Positions 54,083 through 64,000 of a stretch of 64,000 nucleotides of DNA are shown here, in pieces. The translations under genes and the position numbers were made by a program. The notes under the pieces were generated by a model that made no database searches, was not told the DNA's origin, and worked only from the letters and a program-made list of their open reading frames with translations. Each line of letters opens with the position of its first letter. Positions within the stretch are counted from its first letter, which is position 1. This stretch comes from an uncultured Methanolobus sp. (GTDB lineage Archaea; Halobacteriota; Methanosarcinia; Methanosarcinales; Methanosarcinaceae): assembly GCA_963675495.1 (NCBI GenBank), contig OY776215.1:1824001-1888000 (forward strand). Direction: 5' to 3'.

Positions 54083-54177
54083 GATGAGATTCTCCTTGTG
54101 CTAGAAGATTGTTGGGGAGTGTATATTAGGTTAATGACTCTTTTTATTTATGAAACATTTAGCCCAGTTTAACCATA

Positions 54178-57102
54178 TTAACTGCTTGGTGCTGTAATAT
54201 ACTCATAAATTGAGTCTTCAACAGGATGATTCATCCGATATTTTACTTTCACAACTGACACATTTTTATTATCTTCATCAACCAAAGTAGCTTCTTCGAA
54301 GCTTTCATCAATAGGAGTTATATCTCCCATATAGTAGAAATCGTTACTTTCCCCATTACTTTTTTTGATGAATAAAAGTAATCGAAGTCCGTTTCTGTAA
54401 TTTCTGATGGTAGTAACATCTTTGCTATCTAATTTTCTTCTAGATTTAGACATCCATTCAAATTCAGAATTATTGACAAAACCTTCTTCATATTTCGTAG
54501 TACTCGAAATATGCTCTTCTTTGTGATAGTTTACAAATATTGGACAATTTGTTTTTTGAGGACTGATGAGATAGCCTCCAACATTTTGTGCTAAAGGATT
54601 TTGCTTCCAATTTAGAATTCTAAAAACATCTTTTCGAGAATATTTTTGATACAATAGGAAACCATCAACATACTTATCTTTGTCAAAGTTTCGATCATAA
54701 ATTGTTTCGGAATAGTCTAGCATATCATTTAGAAAACGCAAGAAAGTTTCATTTTTGAGTGTATCAACAAATTGATCACTAAATGAGAGAGTTCCGTTTT
54801 GATAAGAAACGATGCTTAAATCGTATATTTCACTAACACTAATTAGATTCCCATTATGCCTTTCAGTTACAAAGTCAAAATTGATGTTTTTGACACATGA
54901 TTCTATTGTTTCATCAGGAATCGAAATATCATATTTATCAAAAATAATTGCTTTAAAATCTTCCTTTAGCAGACTATTTTTAGCAATCAAGTTCTTAAGT
55001 ATAATAACTTCCTCAACTCTCTTAGTGTTTGCAATTTCATTGGAGAACAATTCAAGGAGCTTGATTTCTTTATCAGATAGTTTGTTTTGGAAATTTTCCT
55101 CTTGATTTGATACAAAATTAAAATAGGATTTTGAATAGTTTACATACAATTGTGGATCTCGAGAACCATGTTCCACAAAGTCCATCATCATAGGAATTTT
55201 ACCAATCTTGAACTTGAGGAGTTCGTAATCTTTGACAAGGTCTTTTTTGAGCTGTAAATTCGCTTTGTCGATTGATGCAAAAATCCTATCATGTGTAATT
55301 TTATCAAAATTAATAGTTGAAGCACCAGGAATTAAACTACTTCCACTTAACATTAATTTACGCAATGTATCCTTGTTGTAACTAGTATCTCCATACAATG
55401 CAATTGGAACTAAGTAGTTATTATTGTAATTACCTATGAAATCAATTACAGTTAGGTATTCTTTATCGTTAGCTTTACGCAAACCTCTTCCTAACTGTTG
55501 GACAAAAATAATGGCTGATGCTGTTGGTCTCAACATAATTATTTGATTCACTTTTGGAATATCTACTCCTTCATTGAAGATATCAACAGTAAATATATAA
55601 TCTAATTTTTCCGATGGATCGAAACTTTCCAATCTGTTAATTGCATCAATTCTCTCTTCTTCGGTATTTTTTCCAGATAATGAAACAGTTCTGTAACCTA
55701 TTGAATTAAATTCATCAGAAAGACCCTGACTTTCAGCTACACAACTGCAAAATATTAATCCTCTAATACAACCATTGTCACATCCATAAAATTCCGCTTT
55801 TTCAATTATTCTATTTACACGTTCTTTTGCAGTTAATAAAGAAAAAGTTGCACTTTCATCTAAAGGTTTGCCATCTACTATAATATCAGTAACTCCAAAA
55901 TAATGAAAATTTGATAACATCTTTTCTTCTAAAGCTCTATGCAAGCGAATTTCGTACGCAATAGTGTGTTCAAATTGAGAAAAGATATCAAAACCATCTG
56001 TTCTTTCAGGAGTAGCAGTCATGCCCAACAAAAATTTTGGTCTAAAATGATTGAGGATTTTTTGATAAGTTTCTGCACCTGCTCGATGAGTTTCATCTAT
56101 AACTATGTAGTCAAAATGATTTTCATCAAATTGATTTAGGTGATCATCTCTGGAAATAGTTTGAATGGTAGAAAATATGAAATCGGCATCAATTTCTCTT
56201 TTATTACCTGAGTAAATGCCCATTCTTCGGCTGTCGCCAAAGATATGTTTGAAGCTTTTCATAGCTGCTTCAGCAATATTTCTTCGATGTACTACAAATA
56301 AAAACTTATTAGGATTGTATGCTTTCACATCAAATGCAGAGAGATATGTTTTTCCTGTTCCAGTTGCAGAAATTAACAGAGCCTTATCTTTATTCTTTGA
56401 TCTTAAATCTCTCAGATTTGACAATGCTTCTTTTTGCATTTCATTAGGATTTATTGAATCAGTGTGATGAGCACCGATGCTTTTTATTGAACTTGAAATG
56501 AATTTCTTTTTTAAATTATAATCCGATGCATATGAATCAATGAATTCATCATTCACCAATACAGCATTTTCAAACTCATTTCTAAATTCATTAATTGAGT
56601 CAATTATTAATTTTGATTCAGGAGTAGCTGAAATTTTTAAGTTCCATTCTTTATTTGAACATAATGCATTCGCTGTAAGATTACTACTGCCAATAATCAA
56701 GTTATAGCTATTGTTTTTTTTGAATAGATACCCTTTTGCATGAAAATCACAATTTACAGCGATTTTTAAATCGATATTTTTAAACTTTAATAGAGACTTC
56801 AATGCTTCTGGCTGAGTGAAATATTGATATTGGGAAACCAACACTTTTCCATTAATTCCAGCATTTTGAAGTTCTTCAAATGAATTAATCAGACTAGTTA
56901 CACCACTTTTCGTTGCAAAAGCTATTGAAAACCAAAATTCATCACAATTTTTTAGCTCTCGAGATATAGTATGTAGTACTTTTTTCCCATTGGTACTATC
57001 ATTTACTAGCAACTCTGGAAGATACTCTTTTTTTGAAGCTAATGACTGGTCAATGAAACCAGTTTTCAAGCTATCTAATAAATGTACAGGAAAGTGATCC
57101 AT
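54178..57102 (-). CDS. SauUSI-like type IV restriction endonuclease (PLD nuclease - SF2 helicase - DUF3427/SRA-like)
   Basis: FHAKGY...IGSSNLT PLD motif, ATGTGKT, DETH, TATPER, QQLGRGLR, C-terminal YSRKDV..YED/EG..F.W.S region. Confidence 0.82.
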   Translation of the reverse strand: MDHFPVHLLDSLKTGFIDQSLASKKEYLPELLVNDSTNGKKVLHTISRELKNCDEFWFSIAFATKSGVTSLINSFEELQNAGINGKVLVSQYQYFTQPEALKSLLKFKNIDLKIAVNCDFHAKGYLFKKNNSYNLIIGSSNLTANALCSNKEWNLKISATPESKLIIDSINEFRNEFENAVLVNDEFIDSYASDYNLKKKFISSSIKSIGAHHTDSINPNEMQKEALSNLRDLRSKNKDKALLISATGTGKTYLSAFDVKAYNPNKFLFVVHRRNIAEAAMKSFKHIFGDSRRMGIYSGNKREIDADFIFSTIQTISRDDHLNQFDENHFDYIVIDETHRAGAETYQKILNHFRPKFLLGMTATPERTDGFDIFSQFEHTIAYEIRLHRALEEKMLSNFHYFGVTDIIVDGKPLDESATFSLLTAKERVNRIIEKAEFYGCDNGCIRGLIFCSCVAESQGLSDEFNSIGYRTVSLSGKNTEEERIDAINRLESFDPSEKLDYIFTVDIFNEGVDIPKVNQIIMLRPTASAIIFVQQLGRGLRKANDKEYLTVIDFIGNYNNNYLVPIALYGDTSYNKDTLRKLMLSGSSLIPGASTINFDKITHDRIFASIDKANLQLKKDLVKDYELLKFKIGKIPMMMDFVEHGSRDPQLYVNYSKSYFNFVSNQEENFQNKLSDKEIKLLELFSNEIANTKRVEEVIILKNLIAKNSLLKEDFKAIIFDKYDISIPDETIESCVKNINFDFVTERHNGNLISVSEIYDLSIVSYQNGTLSFSDQFVDTLKNETFLRFLNDMLDYSETIYDRNFDKDKYVDGFLLYQKYSRKDVFRILNWKQNPLAQNVGGYLISPQKTNCPIFVNYHKEEHISSTTKYEEGFVNNSEFEWMSKSRRKLDSKDVTTIRNYRNGLRLLLFIKKSNGESNDFYYMGDITPIDESFEEATLVDEDNKNVSVVKVKYRMNHPVEDSIYEYITAPSS

Positions 57103-57103
57103 T

Positions 57104-57499
57104 TTAATATTCCTTCATTAATTTTGAAACAATTGGAAGATCTGCTTCAGCCCAATCCAAAGTCGATAATTTTTCTGGATTTAACCACTTGAAAGCAATG
57201 TGTTCTTTAAGATTTAAATCTAAATTTAATGCATTGCAAATGAAACTGTGCATAGTGATGCTAAAATCGGGATACTGATGATTTACAGTTAAGAACTCTC
57301 TCTCTATTTCTACATTTATATCAAGTTCTTCCAATAATTCGCGTTCTAATGCTTGCTCTTTAGTTTCATCTGATTCTATTTTCCCACCCGGAAATTCATA
57401 TTTTAAAGAAATATAATCGTACTCTCCATGATTTCTTTGAACACATAGGACTTTTTCATCATCCATGATTATTGCTGCAACTACTTCATAGTGTTTCAT
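57104..57499 (-). CDS. Nudix (MutT-like) hydrolase
   Basis: EFPGGKIESDETKEQALERELLEEL Nudix box; WAEAD. Confidence 0.92.
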   Translation of the reverse strand: MKHYEVVAAIIMDDEKVLCVQRNHGEYDYISLKYEFPGGKIESDETKEQALERELLEELDINVEIEREFLTVNHQYPDFSITMHSFICNALNLDLNLKEHIAFKWLNPEKLSTLDWAEADLPIVSKLMKEY

Positions 57500-57683
57500 T
57501 TTTTTAGCAACCCTGAAAATATAATATCTAAAATAACTGATAAATCTTTTTATATTTTTATGTAAACATTAAATAAAAAAATATACATGAGCTATTTAAT
57601 CTCACAAAACCAGTTTTTACATAACAATAACACACAGGGTAAAACCAAATACTCTACTTTAAAGCAGTGCTATTGAAAAATGA

Positions 57684-57869
57684 TTAAAAGCAACACAATG
57701 GACTGCTTGCCTGTTCCCCAGTGACCTCAAGCACCAGTTCAATAGCCTCCTTGATATTTTCAAGGGCTTCTTCTCTGGTATCACCCTCACTGATCGCTGC
57801 CGGAAGTTCAAGGCAACGCACAGTGTATCCGCCCTCTTCTGCTATTTCAAGAACGATTGTGTACTCCAT
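57684..57869 (-). CDS. HicB-family antitoxin (short, orphan)
   Basis: EEGGYTV.C.ELPAAISEGDTREEALENIKEAIEL. Confidence 0.8.
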   Translation of the reverse strand: MEYTIVLEIAEEGGYTVRCLELPAAISEGDTREEALENIKEAIELVLEVTGEQASSPLCCF

Positions 57870-58104
57870 AAATATCCATCAGTGGTTCTGGTATATTAAA
57901 TTGATTTGCGATGTGAGTCAGTAATTAACTGATTCTTTGATTGCTTCCGAGTACTTACGTCTCTTTTTTTATCGTTAACTCTCTCACAGGTGTCCACATT
58001 CTGGTAGCACTGTTGTGGTCACCTTCTGAAAAAGCACCAATCACTCAACCTTTATTACTTATAAACACATACAAAAATTTAGAACATTATCCTCTCAGAT
58101 ATCC

Positions 58105-58551
58105 ATGAACACAAGCACACAACACCTCGAAAAAGAACAATTGCTTCCTCTGCTCAAAGACTTCTTTCAGAAAGAGGAATACGTTGAGCTTGCCTACCTT
58201 TTTGGTTCCGTAGCAGAGGGGAAAGCCGGTGTTCTGAGTGACATCGATATAGGTGTCTATTTGTCAGAATCGCTGACAAAAGCACAGAGGAACCATAAAC
58301 GCATTGAACTTATCGGCAGTCTAGTAACTTTACTCAAAAGAGACAGCATTGACCTTCTGATAATCAACGATACACCACCAGTGCTTAGTTTTGAAATAAT
58401 ACGACCAAACGTCCTTATCCATGCGAGGGACCGCAGCCTGAAGGTGGATGTGGAGCAACGCATCATGTCAATGTATCTGGACTGGAAATACTATGAGGAC
58501 CGCCTGAATCAAAACCTTCTCAAAAGGATTATGGAAAGGGGGCTGGCTTGA
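58105..58551 (+). CDS. mntA: MntA-type minimal nucleotidyltransferase antitoxin
   Basis: AYLFGSVAEG....SDIDIGV; IDL. Confidence 0.85.
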   Translation: MNTSTQHLEKEQLLPLLKDFFQKEEYVELAYLFGSVAEGKAGVLSDIDIGVYLSESLTKAQRNHKRIELIGSLVTLLKRDSIDLLIINDTPPVLSFEIIRPNVLIHARDRSLKVDVEQRIMSMYLDWKYYEDRLNQNLLKRIMERGLA

Positions 58552-58974
58552 ATGCGTGATGATGATAAGATACTTCGGAAATTGAATTTCATGCAGAGAT
58601 GTGTCAGTTATCTGAAGTCCGTAGATGCCGGAAGCACCGAGCTGGAGAGTAATTACCAACTGCGCAGCGCAGTTGAGCGTAATTTTCAGCTTGCAATTGA
58701 AAGTGCAATAGACATCGGTGAAATAATAATATCCAGAGAAGGATTTGAAAGACCTGAGATGTACAGAAGTGTGTTCCTCATACTTGGTAAAAATGGGATA
58801 GTACCCGGTGCATTTGCAAAAGAATTTGCTCAGGCAGCCGGTTTTAGAAATATCCTTGTTCACATGTATGAAGAAGTGGACCTCGATATTCTGTATACGT
58901 TCCTGACCGAAAAGCTGGATGATTTTGATGATTTTGCCCGATATGTCGCAGAATATCTAAGCACACGTTACTAA
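58552..58974 (+). CDS. hepT: HepT-type HEPN (DUF86) RNase toxin
   Basis: GFRNILVHMY (Rx4H-Y) motif; directly follows mntA. Confidence 0.85.
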   Translation: MRDDDKILRKLNFMQRCVSYLKSVDAGSTELESNYQLRSAVERNFQLAIESAIDIGEIIISREGFERPEMYRSVFLILGKNGIVPGAFAKEFAQAAGFRNILVHMYEEVDLDILYTFLTEKLDDFDDFARYVAEYLSTRY

Positions 58975-59040
58975 CTCTTCCTGTACTTTCTCACGAATTA
59001 CTGAATAAGATCCAAATTGAAGAGCCTGCTTACAAGCTCT

Positions 59041-60912
59041 TCAGACTTCCTTCACCCACAGTACTTCGCCCTCTTGCATAGCATACAAGATCTCCTGGGC
59101 GACCTCGGAATTCGTTCTCATCTTGATATCACCATGTCTGCCCACAGTAGCGGAGAACATGAAGCCTTCACCTGCATAGACTTCCACATCACGACCTGAT
59201 GCTTCGGGGACATTGAGTATCACATGCTTTTTTGTACGTTCGATGATTGGGTGGTGTTCTTTACTTGAACGTGGTTTACGCTCCTCGTTCTCCTGGGACC
59301 TACGCTCCTCTCCAGGCTCGAACTTACGTACATCGATATGAATGCCAAGCACTCTCTCAATATCATCGATGGTTTTGCCGCTCTTACCAATCACTCTGGG
59401 CATGTCCTTGTCCCTCACACGCACCATAGCGCGGTTATCTGAGACCATTTCCACCTCTATCGGGCCATTTGCATAGTTGCTGATGACTTCCTTCACCTCT
59501 TCTTCTGCAAACTTCCAGGATGGGTTTCTCTTCTGCTCACCGCCAAGGGGCATAACAACTACCTGCTCTCCGTAGGTGTATATCTCAAACTCGTTCTTGC
59601 CGGTCTCAAGATCAGATATGAGGATTACAGGTCTTGCAAGGTCGGCTTCCATCATGCCTGCCGGAACCTTCACAGTGAACTCCAGCACCTGCACCTTTGC
59701 GATCTCTCCCTTATCGATGAAGATCACTGTATCCACAACCTGTGGGATCACACCAAGCTCCACCCTGCCGATAAGCCTCTGGATAGCATCAACCGCGCGG
59801 TTGGCATGCACAACCCCGATCATACCTACACCGGCAAGTCGCATATCTGCAAAGGTCTCAAAGTCCCGTGTCTTACGTACCTCGTCATATATGGTATAAT
59901 CCGGGCGCACAAGCAACAGCACATCTGCCGTATTCTCAAGGCTGCCATCAAGTGGTGCGTACTGTGTGATCTCTGGTGGTACCTGAAGGTCACGAGGCGA
60001 TTCCATTGTCTTGACCACAAATCCCCTGTCATTAAGATATATCGCGACACTTGCTGCGAAAGTTGATTTTCCAGCACCAGGTGGTCCTGCTATCAGAATA
60101 CCCCTTTGAGTGTTTATCCTCTCTTTCAGCATATCGCTCAAACGGTATTCTTCCAGTGACACCGATGCCACAGGACGCACAATGGTTATCTCTACATCAT
60201 CGGAAAATGGAGGATTGGATATGGCAATCCTCATATTCCTTATCTGAAGCACCGTTGCACCGCTAAAGGACATTTCCATAAAAGATTCCTGATCAGAGCG
60301 TGTCCTGTCCAACAGCTCTCTTGATATTATTTTCAATTCCTGGTATGTGCAAGGCTCGTTCCTTATTTTCACATATTTCACATTCCCTATTGATCCTCTC
60401 TTTGCCATAGGGGAAACCTTGTGCTTCAGGTGGACTGACATCGTGTCAGGTGTGAAGAAGTCATCAACAAGTAATGGCCCGAACTCTTCAAATGGAGGTT
60501 TTACAAAATCAACTTCAAGTCCCTTTGCCTTTGCAACAAGGGATTGCACCCTGTCACCGGTGACAAAATTTGCATCCAGCTCCTCTGCTGTTTCTCTTAT
60601 TAATGCGTCTATCTCGCCACCCTTGGCAAGCTTGACCTGCTCAAGGTTTGGTCTTGGTCCGGTGAAAAATATTCTGATATCGCCTTTCTCTGCGTATCTC
60701 TGGAGGTCCTGTATCTCCTCAAGACCTTTGTATCCTATCTCAAGTCCTCTATTGGCCTGGGCTTCCAGTTCAGCCACCACAGCTTCAGGGACATGGATAT
60801 CAACATCCCTTAGTCCACCATCACGTATCCTTCCTGAAAGGATACCATCGATGACCGCACTTGTATCAGGGACTATTTTTTGCCTGTTTTCTGCACTTTC
60901 TTCCATAGTCAT
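59041..60912 (-). CDS. PINA: PIN domain - ATPase - KH protein
   Basis: VPDTSAVIDG PIN, GPPGAGKST, DEVR, KH VIGKSG. Confidence 0.92.
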   Translation of the reverse strand: MTMEESAENRQKIVPDTSAVIDGILSGRIRDGGLRDVDIHVPEAVVAELEAQANRGLEIGYKGLEEIQDLQRYAEKGDIRIFFTGPRPNLEQVKLAKGGEIDALIRETAEELDANFVTGDRVQSLVAKAKGLEVDFVKPPFEEFGPLLVDDFFTPDTMSVHLKHKVSPMAKRGSIGNVKYVKIRNEPCTYQELKIISRELLDRTRSDQESFMEMSFSGATVLQIRNMRIAISNPPFSDDVEITIVRPVASVSLEEYRLSDMLKERINTQRGILIAGPPGAGKSTFAASVAIYLNDRGFVVKTMESPRDLQVPPEITQYAPLDGSLENTADVLLLVRPDYTIYDEVRKTRDFETFADMRLAGVGMIGVVHANRAVDAIQRLIGRVELGVIPQVVDTVIFIDKGEIAKVQVLEFTVKVPAGMMEADLARPVILISDLETGKNEFEIYTYGEQVVVMPLGGEQKRNPSWKFAEEEVKEVISNYANGPIEVEMVSDNRAMVRVRDKDMPRVIGKSGKTIDDIERVLGIHIDVRKFEPGEERRSQENEERKPRSSKEHHPIIERTKKHVILNVPEASGRDVEVYAGEGFMFSATVGRHGDIKMRTNSEVAQEILYAMQEGEVLWVKEV

Positions 60913-61027
60913 GAATAGGGATGCTGACTATTTAATTAAGTCGCCACACCTTTAAATCAGGTGTAAAAAAGAATAGAAGGGTAAATGGGAGGATTCTTGA
61001 TGTTTAGTAATATTATGAGACGGACGG

Positions 61028-61390
61028 TCAATACACATCTTCGGGGTTGAATACCTTTTCTCCGACCTCTTCACCATCTATTGTCCTGTAAAAGCATGAA
61101 CGGAAACCTTTATGGCATGCTCCTCCTTCCTGTTGTACCAATAACAGGACCGCATCCATATCGCAGTCTATCCTTATTTCCACAACTTTCTGCATGTGTC
61201 CGGAGCTCTCTCCCTTTTTCCACAGGCGTTGTCTACTGCGGCTCCAGTAGTGGACTATACCGGTCTCAATAGTCTTTTCAATTGCTTCTTTGTTCATAAA
61301 GGCGCACATGAGTACTTCTTTTGTTTCACTGTCCTGAGCAATGGCCTGTATGAGACCGTTATCATACTTCATATCATCAGGTTTTATCAT
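61028..61390 (-). CDS. hisI: Phosphoribosyl-AMP cyclohydrolase
   Basis: [30 protein letters not shown]. Confidence 0.96.
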   Translation of the reverse strand: MIKPDDMKYDNGLIQAIAQDSETKEVLMCAFMNKEAIEKTIETGIVHYWSRSRQRLWKKGESSGHMQKVVEIRIDCDMDAVLLLVQQEGGACHKGFRSCFYRTIDGEEVGEKVFNPEDVY

Positions 61391-61483
61391 GGCATCACTA
61401 ATTACTATATACTATAAAATACTATTATACTTCATTATTAATATAATTGATAAAGAAATAATTGCGTTATATGGGGTCTAATT

Positions 61484-62248
61484 ATGGATTATAGTTTTGA
61501 TGGTACAGGTGGATATAGAATCTCAACAGGGATAGCCGGATTGGATGTGCAGCTTGGGGGAGGAGTACCTCCCGGAACAACTATTCTGATTCTTGCGGAG
61601 CCAGGTGCCAATTCCGATATTTTTGCCCAGCAATTTGTTTATGGCGGTCTTCTGAATGACGAGGAAGTATTCTACTTCACGTCCGAACATCCCGGACAGG
61701 ATATAGTTCATGAGATGGAGAACATGAAATGGGATGTCGAAAAGTATCTTGAGGATGGACGTCTTGATTTCGTTGATGCTTATGGGCCACGTTTTTACAA
61801 TGTGCTTCCAAAAGAGCTAAAAAGTAATCTTTCTGCAAAGGATTTCCTTAAGAAAGGTACGGATTCGATGAATCTCCTGAAAGCTACGGTAGCGCAAAAA
61901 AGAGATACAAAGTACCGTGGTGTTGTAGACTCTATTTCATATTTCCTGCGTGGCTACAGTCTTAATACAGTAGTCGATACCATTGAACTGATATCTTCCG
62001 TTGGCAGGGCAACAGGCGCCATTCACTTAGTATTGATGACAAGTGGTATGCATGATTCAATTACGGAGAACACCCTTCGCCACATATGTGACGGTGTCAT
62101 TGAGTTCAGACTCAAGGAACGTGGAAGCGAGATAGAGCGTACTATAATGATAAGGAAGATGCGTGGAATGCTTGTTCCTAACCGGACAATTTCCTATATG
62201 GTAACACAGAAGGGAATCGAACTGGAAACCACTACACGTGTTCTTTAA
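61484..62248 (+). CDS. RAD55/KaiC-like ATPase-fold protein with degenerate Walker A
   Basis: STGIAGLD..LGGG.P.G, AEPGANSD, DSIS, KMRG. Confidence 0.85.
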   Translation: MDYSFDGTGGYRISTGIAGLDVQLGGGVPPGTTILILAEPGANSDIFAQQFVYGGLLNDEEVFYFTSEHPGQDIVHEMENMKWDVEKYLEDGRLDFVDAYGPRFYNVLPKELKSNLSAKDFLKKGTDSMNLLKATVAQKRDTKYRGVVDSISYFLRGYSLNTVVDTIELISSVGRATGAIHLVLMTSGMHDSITENTLRHICDGVIEFRLKERGSEIERTIMIRKMRGMLVPNRTISYMVTQKGIELETTTRVL

Positions 62249-62342
62249 TACTTTTCACCTTTCCAGTTAAGGAATCATTATTTCTAGTTCCTTATACTTT
62301 TTATTCATAGAAAGCTATTTTACTTAATCGATAAAATGGGTA

Positions 62343-63590
62343 ATGATCATAATGAAACAGGACTTAGTGCGAATTTTGAGGGATATTTTCACATCATCAG
62401 GTTATAATGTTACGGATTCTTTCCGGCATGACCTAATTGCTGAGAGGAACGGCTTGAAGACGTTCATTAAACTTTCATATGGCCCGGACCTTACAGAGAT
62501 AAGGGAATTTGTAAGCCAGATAACAGATGGGGAAGGTCTCTATGTGATTGCCGGGGAGGCAAACAATGAAGTCCTTCGTCAGGCAGAGGCATCTGGTCTT
62601 AAAGTCTGGAGTCGTGATGACATGGCTCTGAAAATAGGCAGGGCAGTACTCGCTGACATGGAAGGATCAACAGCAGAACTTGACCTGCTTGAGACGAGCA
62701 GGAAAAAACCGGTTAACAGGTCGGATGAGATCGCTAAAGAAGCTATAAATGCTATATTTGGTACGGGTTCTTCTCCCCATGTAGAAAAATCAGCGTTAGA
62801 GGAACCGTTGGTTTCGCGTTTCTCCAGGCCATCCGCACCAGTGGTGGAACGAGTTACAGAAGTACAATATTATCGTCCAAGTGCTACCTCTTCCGAATCA
62901 GAGGGTGTTGAAATATTAGAGACTCCTGATATATCAGAAACATCTGGCTTATCAGAGGTGCAAGATGTTCCGGAGGAACCTCGTGTTGAAGCTCCTGTAT
63001 CTCCTGTTCAGAAAGTACCAATGGACTCAGTTATCATGAGCCTGCATTCACCACCTATCAATGTATCAAGGGACCGTGCAGTTTCAATAGCAATGCCCCA
63101 TGTAAGAGGTGCTAATACAGCAATATTGAAATTCGTACCTTTCTGGCAGTACCATTATTCGCTTGGTGTGGAACATCGCTACAAATCCAAAATAATCGAC
63201 ATATCCGGTGATGGTTCCGGTTGTCTTAATGCACTCAATGGAAACTTAGAGGAAATGCGTTTGACCGATGTACGTGAGAGCGTTGTCGTTCCTGATGTGG
63301 AGTATGATGTAAAAATGCCTGTTACCACCAATGAAGAAGCTCAAAATCAACTTCTTGGTATGATAGTAGATGAATACACACGTGACCTGCGTTTTGATGA
63401 TTCCCAGGGTGAAGCTATCATTTCCGAGCACAAAAAGTTTAAACCAAACCCATCAGATATTAATTTGCAGGTGGATCTTGTCTATGTGCCCGTATGGGAA
63501 ATAAAGGGTCAGAGGAATTCTTTAGAGATAAATGCTTATAGCGGTGAGGTCTTGCAGAACCCTGTAGATGATGATGTTGAGTTCGTATGA
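62343..63590 (+). CDS. Conserved hypothetical protein (N-terminal restriction-endonuclease-like fold, low-complexity linker)
   Basis: GYNV...HDLIAER; C-terminal VPFW and VYVPVW..INAYSG repeats. Confidence 0.7.
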   Translation: MIIMKQDLVRILRDIFTSSGYNVTDSFRHDLIAERNGLKTFIKLSYGPDLTEIREFVSQITDGEGLYVIAGEANNEVLRQAEASGLKVWSRDDMALKIGRAVLADMEGSTAELDLLETSRKKPVNRSDEIAKEAINAIFGTGSSPHVEKSALEEPLVSRFSRPSAPVVERVTEVQYYRPSATSSESEGVEILETPDISETSGLSEVQDVPEEPRVEAPVSPVQKVPMDSVIMSLHSPPINVSRDRAVSIAMPHVRGANTAILKFVPFWQYHYSLGVEHRYKSKIIDISGDGSGCLNALNGNLEEMRLTDVRESVVVPDVEYDVKMPVTTNEEAQNQLLGMIVDEYTRDLRFDDSQGEAIISEHKKFKPNPSDINLQVDLVYVPVWEIKGQRNSLEINAYSGEVLQNPVDDDVEFV

Positions 63591-63716
63591 GGCTTGTTGT
63601 AGGAACAAACAAACAAGTTCGTAACTATACGAATAGTTTATATACCAAAAACACATATAAGGGATTACCCGGTAGTCACCTAGTAGTAATTTCAAATAAA
63701 TAACGAGGAATCAATC

Positions 63717-64000
63717 ATGGTAGAAGTAACTGATAATGCAGCAGTCGAATTAAAATCACTGCTTGAAGAACAGGATAAGAAGGATGTAGCTCTCAGAGTT
63801 TTCGTTGCAGGCATGAGCTGCTGCGGTGTGCAGTATGGAATGTCACTCGAAGAAGAGATCAATGAAGAGAACGATCTTGTAGTTGAAGTAAAAGGTCTTA
63901 AGATCGTAATGAACAAGGATGATGCAGATGGTCTTGCAGGTGCAAACATCGACTACGTAGATGGTCCATCAGGAAAGGGCTTTGTCATTGACAATCAGTC
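63717..64000 (+). CDS. HesB/IscA family Fe-S cluster assembly accessory protein (truncated by window edge)
   Basis: Not in ORF track; MVEVTDNAAVELKSLL...LRVFVAGMSCCGVQYGMSL...IDYVDG..GKGF. Confidence 0.88.
   Translation, partial: MVEVTDNAAVELKSLLEEQDKKDVALRVFVAGMSCCGVQYGMSLEEEINEENDLVVEVKGLKIVMNKDDADGLAGANIDYVDGPSGKGFVIDNQ

Noticed and set aside
57915-58040. Possible gene remnant on the minus strand (..RELTIKKRRKYSEAIKESVNY*)
   Set aside because: Too short and degenerate to assign; only a vague resemblance to nucleotidyltransferase C-termini.

Overview
Chromosomal window from a methanogenic archaeon of the Methanosarcinaceae, most likely Methanolobus-like. This is judged from the 16S/23S sequence, archaeal housekeeping genes (tiaS, nob1, PINA, cofE) and TATA/GAGGT signals; no database search was run. 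It contains a full rRNA operon (16S-tRNA-Ala-23S-tRNA-Cys-5S), a glycine-betaine ABC operon and an alkaline phosphatase with an internally deleted paralog. A tetrahydrofolate C1 cluster (purN-glyA-folD-folP-metV ... metF-cofE) is interrupted by a ~7.6 kb AT-rich accessory island, and a defence patch carries a SauUSI-like type IV restriction enzyme with Nudix, hicB and mntA-hepT. Two things stand out. (1) leuA has no usable start codon in its own frame. It is overlapped by a 17-codon upstream ORF with a TTT-TTA(Leu) slippery site preceded by an SD-like element, which suggests a leucine-sensing programmed +1 ribosomal frameshift. (2) The island carries a halocin C8-like 10-Cys secreted precursor with thioredoxin-CcdA and duplicated small membrane proteins, plus a second secreted-protein/membrane-protein cassette. 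Both cassettes share a duplicated control module: four palindromic boxes at exact 19-bp periodicity and a two-hairpin 5' leader. All product calls come from motif recognition by eye.
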